Below, one piece after another: positions 10,948 through 20,043 of a DNA stretch of 64,000 bases; positions within the stretch are counted from its first letter, which is position 1; every line of letters begins with the position of its first letter. The position numbers were made by a program, and so were the translations under genes. The notes under the pieces were generated by a model, which was not told where the DNA came from, did not search any database, and saw only the letters and a list, made by a program, of their open reading frames with translations. The stretch comes from an uncultured Gemmatimonadaceae bacterium (GTDB lineage: Bacteria > Gemmatimonadota > Gemmatimonadetes > Gemmatimonadales > Gemmatimonadaceae): positions 1,664,001 to 1,728,000 of the forward strand of contig CAVXGK010000001.1 of NCBI GenBank assembly GCA_963761305.1. Reading direction: 5' to 3'.

Positions 10948-11003
10948 GACCGCTCCAATGTACTTCGGGGTTTCGAGAAGGGTAGAACGAACGCGCTCCA
11001 ACC

Positions 11004-12440
11004 CTACGGAGGGGAGCCTGGAACCCCATTGACCACGAGCACCGGCGCCAGATTGGCCGCGCGGAGCACCGGCTCCAGCACTCGGCGGTCTCCCGTGACG
11101 ACGATCACGAGGTGGTCGAGATCTACACACCGGGCACCGGCCTCGGCAGCCTCGGCCACGGTGAGCAACGACATCCCGCTCGCATATCGATCGAAGTAGT
11201 CGGGCGACAGTCCGTCGCGCGCGATCTCGACCAGCCGTGCCGCGATCGAGTCAGGTCCGTCGACGCGTGCCGGCAGCGAGGCAAGACGATTGCGGCGAAC
11301 CGCGGCGAGCTCGTCGGCTGTGGGCTGCCGCGTGGTGCGCAACTCCCGCAGAATCCGAAGCCACTCGGCCAGCGCGCTGTCCACCTTCTGCGCGCTCACG
11401 ACGGTGCTGCCAACGAACGCGCCGTCGCTGCCCGTGCGGCGAAACGTGAGGCCGGTCGCACCCGAATACATGAAAGAGCGTTTCTCGCGGAGCGTCTCCT
11501 GAAGGCGGGCGGACGCAACCGCGGCAAACGCGTCGGTCGCGATGGCGTCCGACGAGCTTCGCGACGGTCCCCGGTTGCCCACGTAGAGGTACGCCTGCGT
11601 TCCGGCATTCGGCACGTCCTGCAGGTACACGCGCGTGTCGTTCCTGGCGACGGTCTGGATATCCGAATCGCGCGACTCGCGTCGCGCCTGCCAGCCGCCG
11701 AACGCTCGGGTGACCGCGGCGAGCGCCACCGAATCGGTCACGTCGCCGGCGATGGTCACGGTCGTGCTGCCCGGACCGAAGAACGTGTCGTAGAAGCGCG
11801 TCACGTCGCCGCGCGTGATCGACGCAACCGACGCTTCGGTCGGCACGAGCGAGCGTACGTACGCGTCGTTGGCGCCGTACACCATTCCGTAGAACAGATG
11901 CCGCGGAATGGTGACTGGTGCCTGCGTGATGCGGCGCGCCACCGCCGCGTGCATCCCTTTGCGTCGCTCGATCGCCGCCGAATCGAACGCCGGGTGCGTG
12001 AGCATCTCCGCCATGAGCCCGAGCGCCGGTTCGAATGCGCTCGTGATGGTCGTGAAGCCGGTCGGCGCGACGCTCGTGCCGATCGCCGCCGCGGCGCCTG
12101 CGAGGTCGTCCGCGGTTCGCTTCGTCGACCCTTCGCGCAGCGCGCCGAGCGTCACGGCGAAGAGCCCTTCTTTACCGAGCGGGTCCGCCAACGAGTCGGC
12201 ACCGACGACCGCGCGAACGGCGACGACCGGAACCGAGTGATCCTCGACGACGAGGAGTCGGACGCCGTTTGGGAGCGTGTGCGCATGAATCGCCGGGAAC
12301 GTGAACAGCGGAAGCGGCGGCACGCTCGGCCGAACCGCGCGATCGACCTGCTGCGCGGACGGCGTCGTGGCCAGCGACAGGAGAAGTAGCAGCCCACCCC
12401 GTCCACCCGTCCACCTGTCCACCTGTCCACCCGTCCTCAC
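11004..12440 (-). CDS. M16 family peptidase, non-catalytic (beta-like) subunit
   Basis: TLPNGVRLLVVED, LREKRSFMY; no HxxEH; GTG start overlaps the upstream stop (GTGA). Confidence 0.85.
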   Translation of the reverse strand: MRTGGQVDRWTGGRGGLLLLLSLATTPSAQQVDRAVRPSVPPLPLFTFPAIHAHTLPNGVRLLVVEDHSVPVVAVRAVVGADSLADPLGKEGLFAVTLGALREGSTKRTADDLAGAAAAIGTSVAPTGFTTITSAFEPALGLMAEMLTHPAFDSAAIERRKGMHAAVARRITQAPVTIPRHLFYGMVYGANDAYVRSLVPTEASVASITRGDVTRFYDTFFGPGSTTVTIAGDVTDSVALAAVTRAFGGWQARRESRDSDIQTVARNDTRVYLQDVPNAGTQAYLYVGNRGPSRSSSDAIATDAFAAVASARLQETLREKRSFMYSGATGLTFRRTGSDGAFVGSTVVSAQKVDSALAEWLRILRELRTTRQPTADELAAVRRNRLASLPARVDGPDSIAARLVEIARDGLSPDYFDRYASGMSLLTVAEAAEAGARCVDLDHLVIVVTGDRRVLEPVLRAANLAPVLVVNGVPGSPP

Positions 12441-13879
12441 GGCCGCACCGCTCCCTGGGGCGTGACGTTGGTATACGGCGCGTTCGGCTTGCTGATCAGA
12501 TCGAGCTTGCCGGCCGGAACGAGACTCATCACGACGCAACCCGCCGATAGGTATTTGTGAATCGCAGCGTGCACGTCGGTCGGGGTGAGGCCGAGTGCTG
12601 CGTTCGCCTGCTCGGCGTACGACGATGGATTGCCGGTGAACATCTGATCGTGGGCGAGCGTGTCGGCGCGCGCGAACTCGAGCTGCAGCGAGGTCGCAGC
12701 GTTCACGCGGTTGTACGCATTGAACCGCGCGATTTCTTGCGGCGTCACCGGCGAACCGGCGAACGACGCGATCGTGCTGTCGACGAGCTGCTCGATCAGC
12801 GTCATCGACGCCCCGGGGCGCGGCAGCACGACGATCTCGAACACCCCGGATTTTTCGAGATCCTTGTCGTCGGCCGTCACGCTCGTCGCGAGCTGTCGAT
12901 CGGTCACGAGGAGCTTCGAGAGCCGCCCGAACCGCGGCAGCGCAAGCGCGGAGGCGGCGGCGAGGAGCGCCATCCGATCGGGACTGGCGTATGCCGCGCC
13001 GCGCCAGGCGACGTAGAGCTGTGGTTGCGTCGCGCGCGCATCCTCGAGGACGAGACGCCGTTCGCCGACGAGCGGTGCGGCGTCGGCCTCCGGCCGCGCG
13101 ACCGGCGCGCCTCGCGGAATGCTCCCGAAATACTTCTCGATCATCGAGCGGGCGGATGCCGGCGCGAAGTCGCCGCTGATGGCGAGCACCGCGTTGTTCG
13201 GGACGTAGAACGGCAGACACGTCGCGCGCGCGTCGGCGTACGACGACGCCGGCGGCGACTGGGGCGTCAGGTGATACGGATGGCCGGCCGGAAAGAGCGC
13301 GCCGGAGATGATCTCCCGGTACGTGCCGAACGGAACGTTGTCGATCGTTTGCCGGCGCTCCTGATCGACCAAGCGACGCACCGACGCAACGCGTTGCGAA
13401 TCGAGGTTCGCCATCGGCGCGGCCATCCGATCCGACTCCGCCCAGAGCACGGTTTCGAGCTCGGTGCTCGGGACGGTGATGTAGTACTCCGTCACGTCTT
13501 CGGTCGTTTCCGCGAAGCGCGTCGACGTCCCGCCGATCGAGCGGTAGAACGGCTGCTGCGGCTGGTCGAGATGCGGCGAGCCCTGTGACATCAGGTGCTC
13601 GCAGAGATGAGCTACTCCCGGCTGATTCGGCTTGTCGTCCTTCGAGCCGACGTGGTACCACAGCTGTACGCTCACGATCGGGGTTGCGTGGTTCTCGTTG
13701 AGGATCGCCACGAGTCCGTTCGCGAGCGTGAACCGCGTATAGGCGAGAGGCTTCAAAGGCGGCGTCTGCGCCGCCGAAATCGGGGAAGCCAACGAGCCGA
13801 ACAGCAGGGCGATTCGGCCGTTGCGAATCAGGTGTCCGCATCGGGCAAAGAATGGGAACAATCGTCGCCCCTGATTCAT
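12437..13879 (-). CDS. M16 family zinc peptidase, catalytic subunit
   Basis: LANGL, WYHVGSKDD, inverted zincin HLCEH, YVPNNAVLAISGD; start uncertain. Confidence 0.9.
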   Translation of the reverse strand: MNQGRRLFPFFARCGHLIRNGRIALLFGSLASPISAAQTPPLKPLAYTRFTLANGLVAILNENHATPIVSVQLWYHVGSKDDKPNQPGVAHLCEHLMSQGSPHLDQPQQPFYRSIGGTSTRFAETTEDVTEYYITVPSTELETVLWAESDRMAAPMANLDSQRVASVRRLVDQERRQTIDNVPFGTYREIISGALFPAGHPYHLTPQSPPASSYADARATCLPFYVPNNAVLAISGDFAPASARSMIEKYFGSIPRGAPVARPEADAAPLVGERRLVLEDARATQPQLYVAWRGAAYASPDRMALLAAASALALPRFGRLSKLLVTDRQLATSVTADDKDLEKSGVFEIVVLPRPGASMTLIEQLVDSTIASFAGSPVTPQEIARFNAYNRVNAATSLQLEFARADTLAHDQMFTGNPSSYAEQANAALGLTPTDVHAAIHKYLSAGCVVMSLVPAGKLDLISKPNAPYTNVTPQGAVRP

Positions 13880-13940
13880 AGATTCAAGATACAGGAGAAC
13901 AGCCTTTTCCCACCCACCCCCTCGCCCGCTCAAACTCAGA

Positions 13941-16016
13941 ATGCCCATCAGATCAACGCTTCTCCAGCTCCTCGCCGCCGGGGCACTGGTCGCGGCGCCC
14001 GCCGGGGCACAGCAGACCGCGTCTGTCCCGATGTCGAAATCGGCGCCCAAGGCGCTCGACCGCGCCAACCTCGACACGACCTGTGAGGCGTGCGCCGACT
14101 TCTACACGTTCGCCAACGGCGGTTGGCTCAAGCACACGACCATTCCCGCCAAGTACGGCGAATGGGGCGCGTTCGACCAGTTGCAGGACCAGAACGAGAC
14201 GATCGTACGGGAGATCGTAGAAGCGGCGGCGGCCGACGTGAAATCAGGCAAGGCGAAGGCGCCCTCAAACCAGTTCAAGATTGGCGCGTTCTTCGCGGCC
14301 TGCATGGACACCGCGGCGATCGAAGCACTCGGCACCAAGCCGATCGCCGCGTCGATGGCGCGGATCGCCGAGATCAAATCGTCGGCGGATCTGCCGGCGG
14401 CGCTCACGATCCTGGAGAAGTCGGACGGTCTGGCTCCGTTCGGCGTCGGGGCCGGCCCTGACCTCAAGAACTCCGATCGCATCATCGCGAGTGCCGGACA
14501 AGGCGGGCTCAGCCTGCCGGAGAAGAAATATTACATCTCGCAGGATACCAGCATGCAGGGCATCCGCGAGAAGTTCGAGAAGCACGTCGCTGCCATGTTC
14601 AAGCTCGACGGCGAGAGCGACGCCGCGGCTGCCACGCACGCGAAGACGGTCCTCGAGGTCGAAACGAAATTCGCTGGCGCGTCGATGGATCGAGTGACGA
14701 TGCGCAATCCGGACGCGACCTACCACGTGATGTCCGTCGCGCAGTTCGATTCGATCGCGCCACACATCAAGTGGGAAACGTTCCTGACGACGATGGGCGC
14801 GCCGGCAGACCTCCACACGATCAACGTCTCGCAGCCCGACTTTTTCAAGGCGGTGGACGGCTTCCTCACGTCGATTCCGGTCGCCGACTGGAAGACGCTG
14901 CTCCGCTGGCGGCTGCTCAACACGTCCGCGTCGCGCCTGCCGAAACGTTTCGCGGACGAAGACTTCGCGTTTCGCAAGATCTTCACCGGTCAGAAGGAAC
15001 GCCTTCCCCGCTGGCAAACGTGCGAGCGCAACACCGACGGCGCGCTCGGCGAAGCGGTCGGTCAGGAGTACGTCGAACGCACGTTCACGCCGGCCGCCAA
15101 GGCACGCGCGAAGGCGATCGTCGACAACATGGTCTCGGTGCTGCGCGACCAGATCGGCCAGCTCGACTGGATGAGTGATACGACGAAGCAGCAGGCGCTC
15201 ATCAAGCTCGACGCGTTCACGCGCAAGATCGGCTACCCCGACAAGTGGCGCGACTACTCGAAGCTCGAGGTACGCGTCGGTGAGTACTACGGGAATTCCA
15301 AGCACCTCTCCGACTGGGCCGCGGCACGCAACTGGGCGAAAGTCGGCAAGCCGGTCGACCGGACCGAGTGGGGCATGACGCCCCCGGCGGTGAACGCGTA
15401 CTACAACCCGACCTGGAACGAGATCGTCTTCCCCGCCGGCATCCTCCAGCCGCCGTTCTACGACCCGAACGCCGACGACGGCGTGAACTACGGCGCGATG
15501 GGCGCGGTGATCGGCCACGAGATGTCGCACGGGTTCGACGACCAGGGCCGCCGCTTCGACGCCAAGGGCAACCTGCGCGACTGGTGGACGAAGAGCGACG
15601 CCGACAAATACAACGCCCAAGCGCAGCGCGTCGTCGAGCAGTTCAATGCCTACACCATCGTCGATTCGACGACCCACGTGAACGGCAAGCTCACGCTCGG
15701 CGAGAACATCGGCGACCTGGGTGGATTGAAGATCGCGTATCTCGCGCTCGAGAGGTCACTGAAAGAGCATGGACGCCCCGCGAACATCGACGGGTTCACA
15801 CCCGAGCAGCGTTTCTTCCTCGGCTGGGCGCAGGTGTGGCGCACGTTGCAGAGCGATGAAGGCGCCAAGGCACAGGTGAACAACGACCCGCACGCACCCG
15901 CCAAATGGCGCGTCAACGGACCGCTGAGCAACATGCCGGAGTTCAAAGCCGCCTGGGGCTGCAAGGACGGCGACGCCATGGTGCGCCCGGATAGTCTCCG
16001 CGCGCGGATCTGGTAA
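13941..16016 (+). CDS. M13 family metallopeptidase (neprilysin/PepO-like)
   Basis: DFYTFANGGW, VNAYY, HEMSH, ENIGDLGG; signal peptide. Confidence 0.96.
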   Translation: MPIRSTLLQLLAAGALVAAPAGAQQTASVPMSKSAPKALDRANLDTTCEACADFYTFANGGWLKHTTIPAKYGEWGAFDQLQDQNETIVREIVEAAAADVKSGKAKAPSNQFKIGAFFAACMDTAAIEALGTKPIAASMARIAEIKSSADLPAALTILEKSDGLAPFGVGAGPDLKNSDRIIASAGQGGLSLPEKKYYISQDTSMQGIREKFEKHVAAMFKLDGESDAAAATHAKTVLEVETKFAGASMDRVTMRNPDATYHVMSVAQFDSIAPHIKWETFLTTMGAPADLHTINVSQPDFFKAVDGFLTSIPVADWKTLLRWRLLNTSASRLPKRFADEDFAFRKIFTGQKERLPRWQTCERNTDGALGEAVGQEYVERTFTPAAKARAKAIVDNMVSVLRDQIGQLDWMSDTTKQQALIKLDAFTRKIGYPDKWRDYSKLEVRVGEYYGNSKHLSDWAAARNWAKVGKPVDRTEWGMTPPAVNAYYNPTWNEIVFPAGILQPPFYDPNADDGVNYGAMGAVIGHEMSHGFDDQGRRFDAKGNLRDWWTKSDADKYNAQAQRVVEQFNAYTIVDSTTHVNGKLTLGENIGDLGGLKIAYLALERSLKEHGRPANIDGFTPEQRFFLGWAQVWRTLQSDEGAKAQVNNDPHAPAKWRVNGPLSNMPEFKAAWGCKDGDAMVRPDSLRARIW

Positions 16017-16020
16017 CTAC

Positions 16021-16262
16021 AACTGCTCAACGCAGAGACGCGGAGAACGCAGAGAACAACCGCGGAGGCCGGCTCCATTGCGCGACGAGCCGGGATGTTT
16101 TTTGTGAACAGCCGCTCGGGATACTTCCACACACCAGGAAGATTCCACGTAACGCGATGCATCCCGAGCGGCTGTTCCCCCAAAATCACGGCTCGTTGCG
16201 CGACGAAGCTTGCCTCAGCGGCAGTTCTCTGCGCTCTCTGCGTCTTGTGCGTTGAAGCAGTT
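16021..16262. repeat. Nested palindromic repeat family A, copy 2
   Basis: Same three-tier arms; starts 4 bp after the M13 stop, between convergent genes. Confidence 0.95.
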
Positions 16263-16299
16263 CGGTAAACGCCCCGACAGAGCGGCCTACCGACCGGCC

Positions 16300-17385
16300 C
16301 TACGCTTCCCAGCTGAGCGACGGCTTTCCGAAGTGCCCGTAATTGGTCGTCTGGCGGTAAATCGGGCGCCGCAGCGCCAGTCGTTCGATCATCGCCTCGG
16401 GACGATAGTCGAATGTGCGCACGAAGTCCGCGGCCGCACCGACATCGCCGGTACCGAACGTGTCCACGCGCACCGACACCGGCTCGGCGCGTCCGATCGC
16501 GTAGGCGACCTGTACCTCGGCGCGTGACGCGAGCTTGTTGCGCACGACCTGTCGCGCGACGTAGCGGCCGAAGTACGCGCCGCTGCGATCCACCTTCGAC
16601 GGATCCTTGCCGCTGAACGCGCCGCCGCCGTGGCGGCCCATGCCGCCGTATGAATCGACGATGATCTTCCGGCCCGTCACGCCGCAATCGGCCGACGGCC
16701 CGCCTTCGATGAATTGCCCCGTGGGATTGACGAGGATCTCGACGTGCGGCCCGAACCACGGGCCGAGTACTTCGGGGAGGAGACAGCTCGCGACGTAGTC
16801 GCGGATCTCGTCGTGCGTCGCGTCCTTGGTGTGCTGCGTGGAGACGAGCACCGTCTCGACACGCACCGGGCGATTGTGTTCGTAGCGAACACTGACCTGC
16901 GTCTTCGAGTCGGGTCGGAGCCACGCGCGTTCACCCTGCTTGCGCGCCGCGGCGAGTCGTTGGGAAAGCCGGTGCGCGAGCTGCACCGGCAAGGGCATGA
17001 GCTCGGGCGTCTCGTCGGTCGCGTAGCCGAACATGATTCCCTGATCGCCCGCGCCGCCCGTGTCGACGCCCATCGCGATGTCACCCGATTGCTTCGAGAT
17101 GAATTGCGTCACTCGTACGCCGTCGGCGTTGAACGCTTCGCGCGGATCGACGTAGCCGATCTCGCGGATCGCACCGCGTGCCACCGCCTCGTAGTCGACG
17201 TTCTGGTCCGACGTGATTTCCCCGGCCAGGACGACTTCGCCGCTCTTGCAGAGCACTTCGCAGGCGACGCGGCTTCTTGGATCACCCGCGAGATGCGCGT
17301 CGAGGATCGAGTCGGCGATGAAGTCGCAGACTTTGTCGGGATGCCCTTCGCTGACGGACTCGGACGTGAACGTGTAAGAGCTCAT
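16300..17385 (-). CDS. metK: S-adenosylmethionine synthetase
   Basis: FTSESVSEGHPDK, GAGDQG, GGGAFSGKDPSKVDRS, YGHFG; GGGAG RBS before ATG 17385. Confidence 0.98.
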   Translation of the reverse strand: MSSYTFTSESVSEGHPDKVCDFIADSILDAHLAGDPRSRVACEVLCKSGEVVLAGEITSDQNVDYEAVARGAIREIGYVDPREAFNADGVRVTQFISKQSGDIAMGVDTGGAGDQGIMFGYATDETPELMPLPVQLAHRLSQRLAAARKQGERAWLRPDSKTQVSVRYEHNRPVRVETVLVSTQHTKDATHDEIRDYVASCLLPEVLGPWFGPHVEILVNPTGQFIEGGPSADCGVTGRKIIVDSYGGMGRHGGGAFSGKDPSKVDRSGAYFGRYVARQVVRNKLASRAEVQVAYAIGRAEPVSVRVDTFGTGDVGAAADFVRTFDYRPEAMIERLALRRPIYRQTTNYGHFGKPSLSWEA

Positions 17386-17423
17386 ACGAACTCCCATCCT
17401 CGAATCGCTCGTGACGAGCGAAC

Positions 17424-17454
17424 AAAAAAGGCCCCGACGATTTCGTCGTGGGCC
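17424..17454 (-). terminator. Intrinsic terminator in the metK 5' leader (attenuator)
   Basis: Minus strand GGCCCACGACG-AAAU-CGUCGGGGCC-UUUUUU, about 40 nt upstream of the metK start. Confidence 0.85.
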
Positions 17455-17464
17455 CGAAGGCATC

Positions 17465-17535
17465 CGACGACTTAGACGGGTTTTTCCGGAGGCTTGCCGG
17501 CGCGCGGCCCGTCAAATCGGGGAAATCGCCGCGCG
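17465..17535 (-). ncRNA. Candidate SAM riboswitch aptamer (SAM-II/SAM-V-like H-type pseudoknot)
   Basis: P1 CGCGCGGC/GCCGCGCG, L1 GAUUU, P2 CGAUUU-GACGG/CCGUC-U-AAGUCG with a bulged U, L3 hairpin CCGG/CCGG plus AAAAA; directly upstream of the terminator and metK. Confidence 0.7.
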
Positions 17536-17540
17536 AGTGC

Positions 17541-17568
17541 AAGCTACCACGCGCGCCCCACGCGTCAA
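17541..17568 (-). promoter_or_regulatory. Sigma70-type promoter for the metK leader
   Basis: TTGACG-16 bp-TAGCTT with extended TG; predicted start site falls at the 5' end of P1. Confidence 0.65.
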
Positions 17569-17610
17569 GCCACGGGATGCTGCAGCCGCCGGCAACGGAA
17601 ATGTCTCGAG

Positions 17611-18705
17611 TCAGGGCACTGTGATCAGCCCGACGGCGCCGCCGAGCTCCTCGTCGTGCACGCTCGGCAGGTTCGACGGCGCGACCCATTCGCCGCCGTC
17701 GATGCGAATCGCGAGACGATGCGGACCCGGGGACACGACACGCTCGACGAACCAGCGGTCGTCGCCGCGCCCCAGCGTCACCGCCTCCCATCCGGTGAAG
17801 TCGCCCATCAGTTCGACGCGCTCCGCTTCACGCGATGCGCTGAGCGAGATTCGGGTCATCCCGGCGGCCGTTCGCGTGACGTCGACCCGCAACGCTCCGC
17901 CGGAGCGGCGGCTGAAGGACAGCGTCGCGTGCGGCTGCCACGCGACGCGCAGTCCCAGCGACGCGTACTGTGTGCTCGGCGTTCCGCGCACGACGTCGCT
18001 CAGCGCGTTTCCCGCCGCGAGCACGAGCGCGACCCTCGGCGCCACCCACAGTTCGGCGTCGGCGATCTGCCAGCCGCCGCTCTGCGCGCCGGCACGAAGG
18101 CCCGCGCTAGCGCCGACCGACACGCCGGCGGCCTCGTGGCGCCAACCGGCGCCGACGTCCGTGTAGGTGATGCTTCCGACGCGCGTGAGCAGCGCACTCG
18201 CGAGCAACCGCTCGTTGCCGGCAGACCACCATGCGTCGCCTGATCCACGGCCGAGCGTGAAGTTGACGTTGTCACCTGTGCGCGCGGTCGCACCCGTGCT
18301 TGCGCCGACCGCGACGCCGCCGAGCGCCCCGCCGAGTCGGAGTCGCGCGTTCACTTCGCCGCTGCCGGTGGTCGGCGCGCCCGTTTCCGTGAACCCGCTC
18401 AGCGCACCGCCGATTTCCCACCGCAATGGATTGAAGACCTGGCCCGTGACGCCGCCCAACGCCAACGCCTGTCCCGTCCATGCGCTGTTGGCCTGCAGCG
18501 ACGACAGCGCCGCGGCGTGAAACCAGGTTTGGTCACCGAATCCGTCGATCGTCGCGCCGAATGTTTGGGCGATCGATTCGGGGAGTCCGGTTTGTCGAAG
18601 GTGCGACAGCCCCGCGTCGGCCTTGACCTGCCACTGCGCGCGAGCTGAAGGAGGCGCCGCCAGGGCCGCGATTGTCGCCAGGAGCGCCGTCCGAACTCGC
18701 CGCAT
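17611..18705 (-). CDS. Exported (beta-barrel-like) protein with C-terminal CBM48/AMPK glycogen-binding domain
   Basis: Signal peptide, amphipathic beta-strand pattern, VELMGDFTGW...PGPHR..IRIDGGEW. Confidence 0.75.
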   Translation of the reverse strand: MRRVRTALLATIAALAAPPSARAQWQVKADAGLSHLRQTGLPESIAQTFGATIDGFGDQTWFHAAALSSLQANSAWTGQALALGGVTGQVFNPLRWEIGGALSGFTETGAPTTGSGEVNARLRLGGALGGVAVGASTGATARTGDNVNFTLGRGSGDAWWSAGNERLLASALLTRVGSITYTDVGAGWRHEAAGVSVGASAGLRAGAQSGGWQIADAELWVAPRVALVLAAGNALSDVVRGTPSTQYASLGLRVAWQPHATLSFSRRSGGALRVDVTRTAAGMTRISLSASREAERVELMGDFTGWEAVTLGRGDDRWFVERVVSPGPHRLAIRIDGGEWVAPSNLPSVHDEELGGAVGLITVP

Positions 18706-18763
18706 CCCTCAAAGTAGTGTCCGCGCGCGGTCCAGGTTCCGTAGCCGTTCGTCAGTCCGCGAG

Positions 18764-19423
18764 TTACGGTTTTCTCGGTGCCGAGGGCCCCGGTGCGCTG
18801 GCGGTCAAATCGCCGCTGCTTCCCGCGACGGGTGACAGGAGCGGCGTGAGTCCGTGGAATCGAATGTCGGCCGACTCTCCGCCCTTCGCTCCCTGCTGGA
18901 CGTCCGAGTTCACGTTGTTCCCGAGCGCGACGAGCTGCTCCGGCGTGGCGCCTCGCCGCATCAACTGAGTGACGATTTCGCCGGCTCGCTCGGGCGGCAC
19001 CTGATTCACGACCAACTGCGTGAGCACGCCAATCGGTACGGCGATCGCGCGGCCGGGCGCGGCCTGATGAACGCGGCTCAGCACCGCTTTCGGAATCTTG
19101 AATGAGAGCGCGACCTCGCCCGCCGTGATGTCCGCCGCGAGCGTGTCGGTCGCGATCGCGTCGCGTGCCGCATCCAACCGGTCGGCGACGGCCTGCGCCG
19201 TCTCGACGATGCGCGCCGGCAACGCGTGCACGACGAGCGCGAAGCGAATCTTCGAAACGATCGGGTCGATCGGCAGCCCCCGCGCGCGCGCGGCCCGAAC
19301 GATCTGCGTGAGTGCGGCGCTCGTCTCACGATCGGCGCCGGCGAATGTGAGCGAGTCCTGCGCGCGCACTGTTCGCGCCGCCAGAGCGAGAACGAACGCC
19401 GGGACGACGAGTCGCCCGTTCAC
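18764..19423 (-). CDS. Secreted hypothetical protein
   Basis: Signal peptide ending VRA-QD; translationally coupled (GTGA) to the upstream gene. Confidence 0.75.
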   Translation of the reverse strand: MNGRLVVPAFVLALAARTVRAQDSLTFAGADRETSAALTQIVRAARARGLPIDPIVSKIRFALVVHALPARIVETAQAVADRLDAARDAIATDTLAADITAGEVALSFKIPKAVLSRVHQAAPGRAIAVPIGVLTQLVVNQVPPERAGEIVTQLMRRGATPEQLVALGNNVNSDVQQGAKGGESADIRFHGLTPLLSPVAGSSGDLTASAPGPSAPRKP

Positions 19424-20043
19424 GGCCGCCCCACGATGACGACCGATCCCTCGACGCCCAGGTCTGGATCACGCGCCCGCGCGACACGGGCATCGGGATC
19501 GAGCGCGAAGACCGAGTCGTTCACCATGAATCCATACGTGTGCCGTCCCGGCGCGATCGGAATCGTCACCGACCACAGATCGCCGTCCGACGCGCGAACC
19601 ATCGGCGCGCTCGCCGCGTTCCATCCGTTGAAGTCGCCGACCAGCGACACGCGACGCGCCGACGCGCTCCGAAAAACGAACTGCTGCGGAATCGGCATCA
19701 CGTCCAGCGATCCGTTGACCGCCGGTTGTACCGGTACACTCGATGTCCCGGCACTCGACGCCGCCGTCCCACTCGGCGCCGTGCGCGTGAGCGGCCCGCG
19801 CACGATGAAGCCGACGAGCGCGGCTGCCGCGACGAGGCTGCCGAGCCCCGCGAGTCGCCACCGACGTACGGTCGAGCGTCGACCAGACTCCGCACCCATC
19901 AAAGGCTCGTCCGCTGCGGGCATCACGCGTTGCGCGGCCGCCGCCTCGACGACGCGGCGAATCGCGCCGACGTCCCCCGGCGGCACTTGCCGGAGCGTCT
20001 GCACCGCGCGGCGCAACACGTGGTCGCGTTCGACGTCGCTCAT
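19420..20043 (-). CDS. Probable anti-sigma membrane protein with CBM48 (isoamylase early-set) domain
   Basis: One TM helix, then VSLVGDFNGW...PGRHTYGFMVN...DP; ATGA overlap with the sigma stop. Confidence 0.8.
   Translation of the reverse strand: MSDVERDHVLRRAVQTLRQVPPGDVGAIRRVVEAAAAQRVMPAADEPLMGAESGRRSTVRRWRLAGLGSLVAAAALVGFIVRGPLTRTAPSGTAASSAGTSSVPVQPAVNGSLDVMPIPQQFVFRSASARRVSLVGDFNGWNAASAPMVRASDGDLWSVTIPIAPGRHTYGFMVNDSVFALDPDARVARARDPDLGVEGSVVIVGRP

Noticed and set aside
11004..13841. 945-aa ORF as a single protein
   Set aside because: Its first ~470 aa are an Arg-rich off-frame reading of the catalytic M16 gene; only 11004-12440 looks like real protein.
17465..17535. SAM-I, SAM-III or SAH riboswitch
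   Set aside because: The core consensus elements of those classes are not recognisable; the topology fits the SAM-II/V pseudoknot instead.
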